A model generated the notes under the pieces. The model saw only the letters and a program-made list of their open reading frames with translations. It ran no database searches and was not told the origin of the DNA. From Thermoanaerobaculia bacterium (GTDB lineage: Bacteria; Acidobacteriota; Thermoanaerobaculia; Gp7-AA8): a stretch of DNA of 48,841 nucleotides. The stretch covers positions 1 through 48,841 of the forward strand of contig JBKJUK010000213.1 of assembly GCA_046590705.1 (NCBI GenBank). Reading direction: 5' to 3'. The number at the start of each line of letters is the position of its first letter. The first letter of the stretch is position 1. Below are positions 8,115 through 15,955 of this stretch, piece by piece. A program made the position numbers and the translations under genes.

Positions 8115-10154
8115 ATGGAAACGATCATCCAGAGGGTACGGCGAAGTGGAGGCCTCATTCTCACATTCATTGGTGCCGCGATTCTGATCACTCTGAGCAT
8201 AGTCGCGGCCTGTTCTACGAAAGGCCCGTTGACTGCGAATCTATCTGGTCCTGCAGACCTGATGTCGATCGCTTCGAAGCGTGGCCTCAGTAATGAGGAT
8301 GCCGCGAGGGCACTCAAGACCTTCGTTGCTCCAGGGAAGAAAGATGACTATTTCATTTTCGCTTCGGGAGGTCATTCGGGTCAGGTGCACGTCATCGGGG
8401 CCCCATCGATGCGCCTGCTGAAAACAATTGCCGTATTCACTCCGGAGCCATGGCAGGGGTACGGATATGGCGCGGACTGGTCGGAAAAAGCACTCGCGGG
8501 TGGAGCGGGTAAGGAAGATCTCCGTTGGGGAGATTCGCATCATCCTGCGCTCTCGGAAACCAATGGCGACTACGACGGACGGTGGCTCTATATCAATGAC
8601 CGAGCAAGCGGCCGTATCGCCATGATCGATCTTTCGGATTTCCGCACCAAGCAGATCCTGCGCGTGCCAAACCTTCAGACCTCTCACGGCGGAATCTTTG
8701 CCACGCCTGATTCGAAATACGTGCATATCGCGTCGAAGGTGCCCGCGCTCAAGGAGTGGAACTCTGCGGAGGGATCAAAGGTCACCGTCGATCAGCATCT
8801 CAACAATTACGCCGATATCTATCGCGGCTATTCGACATTCCTCCGCCTGAATCCGAAGACGGGCCGCATGATGCTTGATCAGAGTTTCCAGATCGAACTG
8901 CCGCCGTATACGCAGGACCTCGCAGATGCTGGAAAAGGCCCGAGCTATGGATGGGCATTCCTGAATTCTTACAACGCCGAGATGGCGACCGGTGGAACGA
9001 GCTACGGCCGGCCAGCCATCGAAGCAGGTGCATCGAAAGGTGATTTCGACTATCTGCACATCGTCAACTGGCAGCGATGCGAGCAGTTGATCAGTGAAGG
9101 CAAGTTCAGGGTCATCAACGGCATCAAGGTGATCTCGCTCGAAACGGCAGCCGCAGAAGGCGTTCTCTATCTTGCGCCTGAGCCGCGGAGTCCTCACGGG
9201 GTCGACGTGGCGCCTGACGGTAACTACATCACAGTGTCAGGGAAGCTCGACCCGCACGCCACCGTATATGGGTTCGACAAGATCAAGAAGGCGATTGCCA
9301 ACAAACAGTTCGAAGGCAAAGACCGTTACGGCGTTCCGATTCTGAAATTCGAAGCTGTCATGGCCGGTCAGGTGGAGTTGGGGGCCGGACCTCTGCACAC
9401 TCAGTACGACGACAAGGGTCACGGCTATACGAGCCTCTTCCTCGAGAGCGCCGTGGCTAAATGGACTCTTCCGTCCGCCACCCGTCCAGAGAGCGAAGCA
9501 TTCAAGCTGGTGGACAAGATTTCCGTGCACTACAACATTGGACACCTGGCCATGCCGCACGGCGACACGATGAAGCCCCAGGGTAAATATGTCGTGGCGA
9601 TGAATAAATGGTCGATGGACCGTCACAGCAAGGTCGGCCCGCTCCATCCACAGAACTTTCAGTTGATCGATCTTGCCGGCGCGAAGATGGAACTACTCGC
9701 TGATATGCCGATCGGATTCGGCGAGCCGCACTACGCGCAGATGATCAGAGCCGACATCATCAAAGCACTTTCCATTTATCCGCTCGGGTATTCAGTGGCC
9801 GAAGACAGGAAGACATCCAACGCCATCGCCGGTGCCAAAGATGCGCGTATTGAGTACCGCCCGGGCGTCACGGAAGTCTGGATGAGTGTGATACGCAGTC
9901 AGTTCAAACCCGACATCCTGAAAGTCCGAAAAGGCGACAGGGTCATCATTCATCTGTCGAATCTCGAACAGACCGACGATGCGTCGCACGGCTTCGCGAT
10001 TCCAAACAAGAACGTCAACGTGAGTCTCGATCCGGGTGAAACCACGACCGTGGAATTCCTCGCGGATGTCCCGGGATCGTTCAGCTTCTATTGCACCGAA
10101 TTCTGCTCTGCTCTTCATCTTGAAATGCAGGGTTGGATGATCGTGGAAGGCTAA
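8115..10154 (+). CDS. nosZ: Nitrous-oxide reductase NosZ (Sec/lipoprotein-type, clade II-like)
   Basis: His ligand contexts for CuZ: GDSHHP, TSHGG, SPHGVD, GPLHTQYD, NIGHL, EPHYAQ. C-terminal CuA site: SHGFAIP...FYCTEFCSALHLEMQGWM. Start set at ATG 8115, preceded by AGGAGGA at 8104-8110. Confidence 0.95.
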   Translation: METIIQRVRRSGGLILTFIGAAILITLSIVAACSTKGPLTANLSGPADLMSIASKRGLSNEDAARALKTFVAPGKKDDYFIFASGGHSGQVHVIGAPSMRLLKTIAVFTPEPWQGYGYGADWSEKALAGGAGKEDLRWGDSHHPALSETNGDYDGRWLYINDRASGRIAMIDLSDFRTKQILRVPNLQTSHGGIFATPDSKYVHIASKVPALKEWNSAEGSKVTVDQHLNNYADIYRGYSTFLRLNPKTGRMMLDQSFQIELPPYTQDLADAGKGPSYGWAFLNSYNAEMATGGTSYGRPAIEAGASKGDFDYLHIVNWQRCEQLISEGKFRVINGIKVISLETAAAEGVLYLAPEPRSPHGVDVAPDGNYITVSGKLDPHATVYGFDKIKKAIANKQFEGKDRYGVPILKFEAVMAGQVELGAGPLHTQYDDKGHGYTSLFLESAVAKWTLPSATRPESEAFKLVDKISVHYNIGHLAMPHGDTMKPQGKYVVAMNKWSMDRHSKVGPLHPQNFQLIDLAGAKMELLADMPIGFGEPHYAQMIRADIIKALSIYPLGYSVAEDRKTSNAIAGAKDARIEYRPGVTEVWMSVIRSQFKPDILKVRKGDRVIIHLSNLEQTDDASHGFAIPNKNVNVSLDPGETTTVEFLADVPGSFSFYCTEFCSALHLEMQGWMIVEG

Positions 10155-10164
10155 CCCTTCAGAT

Positions 10165-10197
10165 GCGCAACGTTCCTGCTAAGTGGGAACGTTGCGC
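10165..10197 (+). terminator. Intercistronic perfect hairpin between nosZ and nosL (possible partial terminator or mRNA stabiliser)
   Basis: GCGCAACGTTCC (10165-10176) pairs perfectly with GGAACGTTGCGC (10186-10197) around a 9-nt loop. It starts 10 nt after the nosZ stop and is followed by GTCATTCT. Confidence 0.5.
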
Positions 10198-10225
10198 GTC
10201 ATTCTGGGAGTTTAAGGGAACCTCA

Positions 10226-10681
10226 ATGAAAACGCCCGCAGGTATCGCTACGATGATTCTGTTATCCATGACCCTCACTGTGGGCTGCAGTCGGCAGACG
10301 ACGTTTCCTGTGATGGCCGAGGATGAGCGGGTATGCGCCAGCTGTGGAATGCTGGTGAGCGACCTCGCGTATGCCGGCGTCATTCGAATGGTTAATGGCA
10401 CCGAGCAGACGTTTGATGATCCGGTATGTCTGATCAACTTCGTACGACAAGGAAAAGGAGAGGCTGCCGCACGAATCTGGTTCCACGATTACGCTGGGGA
10501 TCTCTGGATCGACGCTTCCTCGGTGACTTTCCTGCAGCAGAAACGCTCTTCCGGGCCAATGGGTGGCGGCATCGCCGCGTATGGCAAGCGGGCGCTGGCC
10601 CTTCGCGACGCCGGAGCGATGGGCGCACGTTCGACCTCCTCTTACTCTGAACTCGTGAGAGCGAAGGGACCGCTGTCATGA
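10226..10681 (+). CDS. nosL: NosL-family copper-chaperone lipoprotein
   Basis: Lipobox LTVGC. The motifs VCASCGMLVSD...FDDPVCL and SSGPMGGGIAAYG are typical of NosL. Start set at ATG 10226 (MKTPAG...). Confidence 0.85.
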   Translation: MKTPAGIATMILLSMTLTVGCSRQTTFPVMAEDERVCASCGMLVSDLAYAGVIRMVNGTEQTFDDPVCLINFVRQGKGEAAARIWFHDYAGDLWIDASSVTFLQQKRSSGPMGGGIAAYGKRALALRDAGAMGARSTSSYSELVRAKGPLS

Positions 10682-12513
10682 CCAGATCAGGTGCTGGCCT
10701 TCTCGGACGACTTGCATTCTGTGCGGTCGCGGCTGCACTGGTGATTCTGTCGATCGGCAGACCGATCTGGACGATGAAGCTTGAAGCGCCTCAATATCCC
10801 AAGGGGCTCGAGCTGCGCGCCTACGGACAGTATCTGGAAGGCGATATTCGCGAGATCAACATACTGAATCAATACATCGGAATGAAGGATTTGTCTGCGA
10901 GGCCCGCGCCGGAGATGCGCCTCTTTCCGGTCGCACTCGGCGTGCTGTTGCTTCTACTGCTGGTGGCACCATTGAATCGCGCTTTTTACGGAGCCGCTAC
11001 GCTTTTGCTCCTTCTCTTTCCGATCGCCGTTCTCGGGGATATGCAGCATTGGTTATATCGATATGGTCATGCTCTTGATCCAGATGCACCTCTCCGTCAG
11101 GAGCCCTTCACACCACTCGTGCTGGGCATCTCCAGGATCGGCCAATTCGAATCGACGGCCCGACTTGCTGGAGGGCTCGGGCTGATCATCGCGGCCGGTG
11201 TGATTCTGCTGGTTGGATACTTCGTCATGCGCCTGTTCAGAAAGCAGTTCTGGGCGGACGTTTCCATGGCGCGTCCCATCACCGCGGCATCGATTCTCCT
11301 GCTTTCCGGCGCGGCCCTGCCTGGCGCGACACTGCAGGCACGCATCGATGCCGCACCACCACGCTCAACTGTGACCGTCGAGCGAGGCTTGTACAACGAG
11401 CGGCTCATCATTAGAAAGCCGCTCGCGCTCATCGCTCCGCATGGTGCCGTGATCGATGGCGGTGGTATCGGGAGCGTCATCACCATTGACACCGATGGGG
11501 TCGAGGTTCGCGGCTTCACGATCCGGAACAGCGGCCGCAAGACCACGGAGGAAGCCGCCGGGATCGACGTTCGCGGAAGTAACCACCGCATCGCTGGAAA
11601 TATCGTCACTGACGTTCACTTCGGCATTCATATGACGGAAGGTCACGGCAGCGTCGTCGCGAACAACGTGATTCGTCCCGGCCGCGGCGGCGGTTATCGC
11701 GCCGGTGATGGTATCAATCTCTGGTACGTAAAGAACTCGCTGTTGACCGGGAATCGTGTGTCGGCCGCGCGCGATGGTATCTACCTTTCTTTCACTGACG
11801 GCGTCATCGTGCGCCAGAACCAGATCACTCGGTCGCGCTACGGCATTCACTCTATGTTTTCCGAGAATGTGACGGTCGAGCAGAACCTCTCACGGGAAAA
11901 CCTTCTCGGGGCGGCCCTCATGAACTCGAATCGCCTGTCGTTCCGCGGCAACCGTATCGAACGAAATCGCACCGGAGCGACGGCCTACGGCATTCTGTTG
12001 AAAGACATTGGAGAGCTCGTTCTCGAAAACAACGAAATCATTCGAAACAGAATCGGCATCTACGCCGATAACGCACCCGACCGGCAGGATCGCACCGCCG
12101 TGGTTCGACGGAATCTATTTCTCGGAAACGGAACCGCTTTCGCACTGCAGAGCAATGTCAGGCTCACCGTAACCGGAAACGATGTCATCGACAACCTGTG
12201 CGAAGTCAGGAACGAGGGTGCGATGCTTTCCTCCATCTCATGGTCGCATCAGGGAGTAGGGAACTACTGGAGCGATTATCGCGGGTACGACAAGGATGCA
12301 GATGGTGTTGGTGAAACCCCTTTCACCGTGGCCGGAGTGCTCGATTACCTACTGCAGAAAAATCCGCTTGCCAGGACATTCGTTCACACGCCTGCGCACC
12401 GAGCCCTGGACGTCGCTGCGCGGATGTTTCCTCTTTTCAGGACCGATCCGCTCCTCATCGATCCGCATCCGCTGATGCGTCCGCAGCGCCATCAGCAGGG
12501 GAAAGAATCATGA
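10678..12513 (+). CDS. nosD: NosD (periplasmic parallel beta-helix accessory protein) with an in-frame N-terminal 4-TM NosB-like domain
   Basis: aa 1-196 hold four hydrophobic helices and a loop KLEAPQYPKGLELRAYGQYLEGDIREINILNQYIGMK. At aa 197, MARPITAASILLLSGAALPGATLQA looks like a signal peptide. It is followed by repeated beta-helix units (IRNSG..., NNVI..., GNRV..., QNQI..., EQNL..., GNRI..., NNEI...). ATGA overlaps link it to nosL and nosF. Confidence 0.9.
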   Translation: MTRSGAGLLGRLAFCAVAAALVILSIGRPIWTMKLEAPQYPKGLELRAYGQYLEGDIREINILNQYIGMKDLSARPAPEMRLFPVALGVLLLLLLVAPLNRAFYGAATLLLLLFPIAVLGDMQHWLYRYGHALDPDAPLRQEPFTPLVLGISRIGQFESTARLAGGLGLIIAAGVILLVGYFVMRLFRKQFWADVSMARPITAASILLLSGAALPGATLQARIDAAPPRSTVTVERGLYNERLIIRKPLALIAPHGAVIDGGGIGSVITIDTDGVEVRGFTIRNSGRKTTEEAAGIDVRGSNHRIAGNIVTDVHFGIHMTEGHGSVVANNVIRPGRGGGYRAGDGINLWYVKNSLLTGNRVSAARDGIYLSFTDGVIVRQNQITRSRYGIHSMFSENVTVEQNLSRENLLGAALMNSNRLSFRGNRIERNRTGATAYGILLKDIGELVLENNEIIRNRIGIYADNAPDRQDRTAVVRRNLFLGNGTAFALQSNVRLTVTGNDVIDNLCEVRNEGAMLSSISWSHQGVGNYWSDYRGYDKDADGVGETPFTVAGVLDYLLQKNPLARTFVHTPAHRALDVAARMFPLFRTDPLLIDPHPLMRPQRHQQGKES

Positions 12514-13151
12514 TCAGGATTCGGAACCTCTGGAAATCGTTCGGCAGCTACGACGTGCTCGCCGGTGTCTCACTGCATATTCGCAAGGGTGAATTCGTCG
12601 CTTTGCTCGGAGCGAATGGAGCAGGGAAGTCGACGCTGATGAGTTGCATCCTCGGCGTCACGGGGTACGAAGGAGAGATCGAGGTAGCAGGGCTCGATCC
12701 GAGTCGCGAGGGAAGGCGGACGCGGGGAATGATCGGCTACATGCCCCAGCAGGGGAGTCTCCATACCGACCTCACCACGCTCGAGACGCTCGACTTCTAT
12801 GCTTCCTTTCGCCGCATCAGGACCGATCGAATGGAGATGCTGCGCGAAGCCAGACTCGCCGAGCACGCCGGCAAACGCGTCGGCGAGCTGTCGGGTGGGA
12901 TGCAGCAGCGTCTCGCGTTCGCGATTGCACGCCTCGGTAAGCCTCCGCTACTACTGCTCGACGAGCCTTCAGCCAGTCTGGATCGCGAGAGCAAGCGGAC
13001 GATGCTGGCACTGCTGAAAGAGCTGGCCAGCGGGGGGTCAACGATTTTACTGGCGACGCACCTGGAACAGGAACTGGCCGAAAGCGCAGATCGTTTCATC
13101 GTGCTCGAAGACGGCCGGCTCGCTGGCGAGCGAATGGGCCAGGTCGCGTGA
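12510..13151 (+). CDS. nosF: NosF ABC-transporter ATPase
   Basis: Walker A GANGAGKST, signature LSGGMQQR, Walker B LLLLDEP. Position between nosD and nosY. Confidence 0.9.
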   Translation: MIRIRNLWKSFGSYDVLAGVSLHIRKGEFVALLGANGAGKSTLMSCILGVTGYEGEIEVAGLDPSREGRRTRGMIGYMPQQGSLHTDLTTLETLDFYASFRRIRTDRMEMLREARLAEHAGKRVGELSGGMQQRLAFAIARLGKPPLLLLDEPSASLDRESKRTMLALLKELASGGSTILLATHLEQELAESADRFIVLEDGRLAGERMGQVA

Positions 13152-13167
13152 GCTGCAAGGACAGACG

Positions 13168-14085
13168 ATGAATCCCGTTACGAAAAAAGAAATCAGAGAC
13201 ACCCTCCGCAATCGCTGGATCGTCGGCTACGCCTCAATTCTGGGGATTCTGGGATTTGCCGCAGCCTGGTATGGCTTGAAAACAACTGGCGGGCTGGCCG
13301 TGCAGATGCTGGGACGGACCACGGCCACCATTACGAACTTATCGTTGATGGTAGCTCCGCTGGTCGCCTTGATTCTGGGTGCCTCCACGATCGCTTCAGA
13401 GCGCGACAAAGGGACGTTGCAGAGACTACTCGCGCAACCGCATTCTTCCTCCGAACTGCTGCTGTCGAAATACCGGGGGCTTTTTCTAGCGCTTGCCGCG
13501 GCGACGGTTTGCGGGTTCTCTCCCGCAGCGGTGATGGTCGGTATCGTTGCAGGGCCAGCATCGCTGGCGTACTTTCTAATTTTTCCTCTCTTCACGCTCA
13601 TGCTTATCGCGTCGATGTCCGCGGTCGGCATCCTGATTTCAGCAACCGCCAGTACGACTTCCAAAGCACTCGGATCGGCGATCATGGCCTGGTTCGCATT
13701 CGTTCTTCTCTATGACCTGCTTCTGATCGGGACTCTGATGGTTTCCTCGATTTCTCCGCAGGTGCTCATTGGCCTGGTCATCGCGAATCCGGTGGATGCG
13801 GTCCGGATACTGGTCATTCTCGTGCTCGAGCCCGATCTGTACGCGCTCGGCCCTGCTGGCGCAGCACTCATAACGACATTCGGTCGTGCCGGCGCGGGAG
13901 TTCTGTTGCTGACGATCATCGCCCTGTGGGTTGTGGTTCCACTCTGGCTGGCCCCGCGGAGATTTCATGCACTGCTCTATGCGCGGAAATCCCGCAGCGA
14001 CGGCCCCGACCCAGCCACAAATCGAGTGTGCATTCAAACATTGCCGTCCGACGCGGCACCCGCGGCCAAAGGAGTTTTTGAATGA
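13168..14085 (+). CDS. nosY: NosY ABC-2-type permease
   Basis: Six predicted TM helices in an ABC-2-like arrangement, directly after nosF. Confidence 0.8.
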   Translation: MNPVTKKEIRDTLRNRWIVGYASILGILGFAAAWYGLKTTGGLAVQMLGRTTATITNLSLMVAPLVALILGASTIASERDKGTLQRLLAQPHSSSELLLSKYRGLFLALAAATVCGFSPAAVMVGIVAGPASLAYFLIFPLFTLMLIASMSAVGILISATASTTSKALGSAIMAWFAFVLLYDLLLIGTLMVSSISPQVLIGLVIANPVDAVRILVILVLEPDLYALGPAGAALITTFGRAGAGVLLLTIIALWVVVPLWLAPRRFHALLYARKSRSDGPDPATNRVCIQTLPSDAAPAAKGVFE

Positions 14086-14567
14086 ATCATTTTGCAGGAC
14101 TAGTCATCGTCTCTGCCGTGGTGCTGCTCACTGCCTGTGGCGGGGGGGAAAAGAAGCGCCCGGCTTCCAGGCCTGCAGCCGAAAGCGGCGTGGGAGCATC
14201 CTCACCGGGGTGGCCAGACGTGAGCACCGCTTCGAGTTCCGGCACGCCGGCTCCTGCGGTCGCTGCGTCGGCAGCCGACCCGGTAAAAGGCGCGAAGCTG
14301 TTCGCGGGAACCTGCGCTGCGTGTCACGGCCCGCTGGGGAAGGGCGATGGGCCAGGCGCTGCGAATCTCGACCCGAAACCGCGCGACTTTAGTGACAAGG
14401 TTTACATGGCCACCCTGAAGGATGCTGAGATTCAGAACACCATCAAGTATGGGGGTGCTATGAAAGCTATGCCCCAGATGCCTTCACACCCCTGGTTCTC
14501 CGATCCGGATCTGGCCAGCCTCGTCGCGCACGTTCGAAGCCTGAGCGCGGCGAAGGGAGAGAAGTAA
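14082..14567 (+). CDS. Monohaem c-type cytochrome lipoprotein (candidate electron donor to NosZ)
   Basis: Lipobox LLTAC, a Pro/Ser/Ala-rich linker, a single CAACHG haem motif and a distal MPQMP Met. ATGA overlap with nosY. Confidence 0.85.
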   Translation: MNHFAGLVIVSAVVLLTACGGGEKKRPASRPAAESGVGASSPGWPDVSTASSSGTPAPAVAASAADPVKGAKLFAGTCAACHGPLGKGDGPGAANLDPKPRDFSDKVYMATLKDAEIQNTIKYGGAMKAMPQMPSHPWFSDPDLASLVAHVRSLSAAKGEK

Positions 14568-14597
14568 GGATCCGAGACTTTGCGGCAGAGGGTTCTA

Positions 14598-14627
14598 CCT
14601 TCACGCGAAACATTCTTCGTGTGAAGG
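14598..14627 (+). terminator. Hairpin after the nos operon
   Basis: 12-bp stem, CCTTCACGCGAA with TTCGTGTGAAGG (one G-U pair), and a 6-nt loop. It starts 31 nt after the cytochrome c stop. There is no clear U-tract. Confidence 0.4.
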
Positions 14628-14668
14628 AAAGCCCTGACCCGGGCAGAGGGGAGGTTCTCCCGGAGGGA

Positions 14669-14684
14669 TGTGACGTTCGTCACC
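14669..14684 (+). promoter_or_regulatory. CRP/FNR-like box TGTGA-CGTTCG-TCACC upstream of the Crp/Fnr gene
   Basis: 9/10 match to TGTGA-N6-TCACA. The core GTGACGTTCGTCAC is a perfect 6-2-6 palindrome. It is centred about 78 bp upstream of ATG 14755. A further TGTGACAT half-site lies at 14691-14698. Confidence 0.45.
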
Positions 14685-14754
14685 TGCACGTGTGACATGG
14701 CGCCTCAGCGCGAGAAGTGGCGAAGCCTATCGTTGTGGGACAGAGGAGTCATGA

Positions 14755-15477
14755 ATGCCAGCCCCCTACAACCTTTCGCTGAACTACGACTGTGTGAAAT
14801 GCAAACTGAGAAGCGCGACGGTTTTCTGCAATCTTCCCGAGGCGGAGATCCGCCAGCTCGATAGCATGAAGTTCACCAGCGCCTATCCGAAAGGATCTGT
14901 TCTTTTCGTAGAACAGCAGGAGCCGCGTGGCATTTACATAGTCTGCTCGGGAAAGGTAAAGCTCACCGCATCGAGTTCCGAAGGAAGGACGCTGATTCTC
15001 AGCATTGCTGAACCGGGCGAAGTTCTCGGTCTGAGCGCGTCAATTCTAGGTACTCCTTACGAGGTCACTGCCGAAACTCTCGAGCCCTGTCAGATCAACT
15101 TCATCAAGCGCGAGGACTTTTCAGGTTTCATGGCCGGATCGCCTGAGGTTTGCATGCGGACGGCGCAGTCGCTCAGCACGAAGTATCACGACGCGCAGAA
15201 AGAAATCCGCTCTTTCGGTCTCGCACAGTCTGCCATTGAACGCCTGGCCCGACTTCTTCTGCAATGGTCCTCGGGTCCGCATGGTGATGCAGGAAACGGT
15301 GGCATTCGGATCCAGGTACTCCTCACCCAGGGGGAAATCGCGCAACTGATCGGCACCACTCGCGAGACCGTGACCCGGTTACTGAGTGGACTCCGGAGAA
15401 AGGGAATTCTTCAGATCAAAGGCTCCACATTCACCCTGCTCGATAAGCCAGCGCTCGAAGCGCTCATTACGACTTGA
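14755..15477 (+). CDS. Crp/Fnr-family transcriptional regulator
   Basis: cNMP-binding beta-barrel (GIYIVCSGKVKLTASSSEGRTLILSIAEPGEVLG) and a C-terminal HTH (TQGEIAQLIGTTRETVTRLLSGLRRKGIL). N-terminal Cys triad C13-x2-C16-x8-C25. Confidence 0.85.
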   Translation: MPAPYNLSLNYDCVKCKLRSATVFCNLPEAEIRQLDSMKFTSAYPKGSVLFVEQQEPRGIYIVCSGKVKLTASSSEGRTLILSIAEPGEVLGLSASILGTPYEVTAETLEPCQINFIKREDFSGFMAGSPEVCMRTAQSLSTKYHDAQKEIRSFGLAQSAIERLARLLLQWSSGPHGDAGNGGIRIQVLLTQGEIAQLIGTTRETVTRLLSGLRRKGILQIKGSTFTLLDKPALEALITT

Positions 15478-15797
15478 TGACGACATCGATGACGCCCTCA
15501 TCTTCCGCAGCAGGAGTACCGTCGAAAGCTCTTTCCTGTTGTCTCCACGGCTCGGATCAGCACAAGCTAATCGGATTGTGCGTCGAGGACATTCATTATC
15601 CGAACGAAGAGCCCCCCTGCCTTTGCGACGGCATGACGCTCGGGAAAGAGAGTGGCGCCTGCGAAGGATGTGGCCATGAGTTCTCGCAACATCGTGTGAT
15701 GAGAGTGTGTGGCCCGCTTACGGGTGTGTGCGGGTGTCTCACCTGGGCCTTGACAGAAAATTCGCCCTTTAGCGGGCATGCTCTCGCGGGGCGGTGA
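15477..15797 (+). CDS. Hypothetical Cys/His-rich small protein (106 aa, 10 Cys), coding status uncertain
   Basis: TGATG stop-start overlap with the Crp/Fnr gene. Third-position GC of about 63% by hand count, similar to neighbouring genes. Motifs SCCLHG, CLCDG, CEGCGHEF, CGPLTGVCGC. I recognise no family. Confidence 0.35.
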   Translation: MTTSMTPSSSAAGVPSKALSCCLHGSDQHKLIGLCVEDIHYPNEEPPCLCDGMTLGKESGACEGCGHEFSQHRVMRVCGPLTGVCGCLTWALTENSPFSGHALAGR

Positions 15798-15955
15798 ACC
15801 CTGTCTCTACTGCTTTGACCTTTCTTGTACCTGTGTGAGTGAAAGCTTTTCTTACAAGCGTGAATGACGAGAGTATTGTGTGCCTGGACGGGCGGCGACC
15901 CTCACCATCTAGGTCGCGCCGCTGTTCCGAGCAGCAGCACATTGTCAGGTACGGC

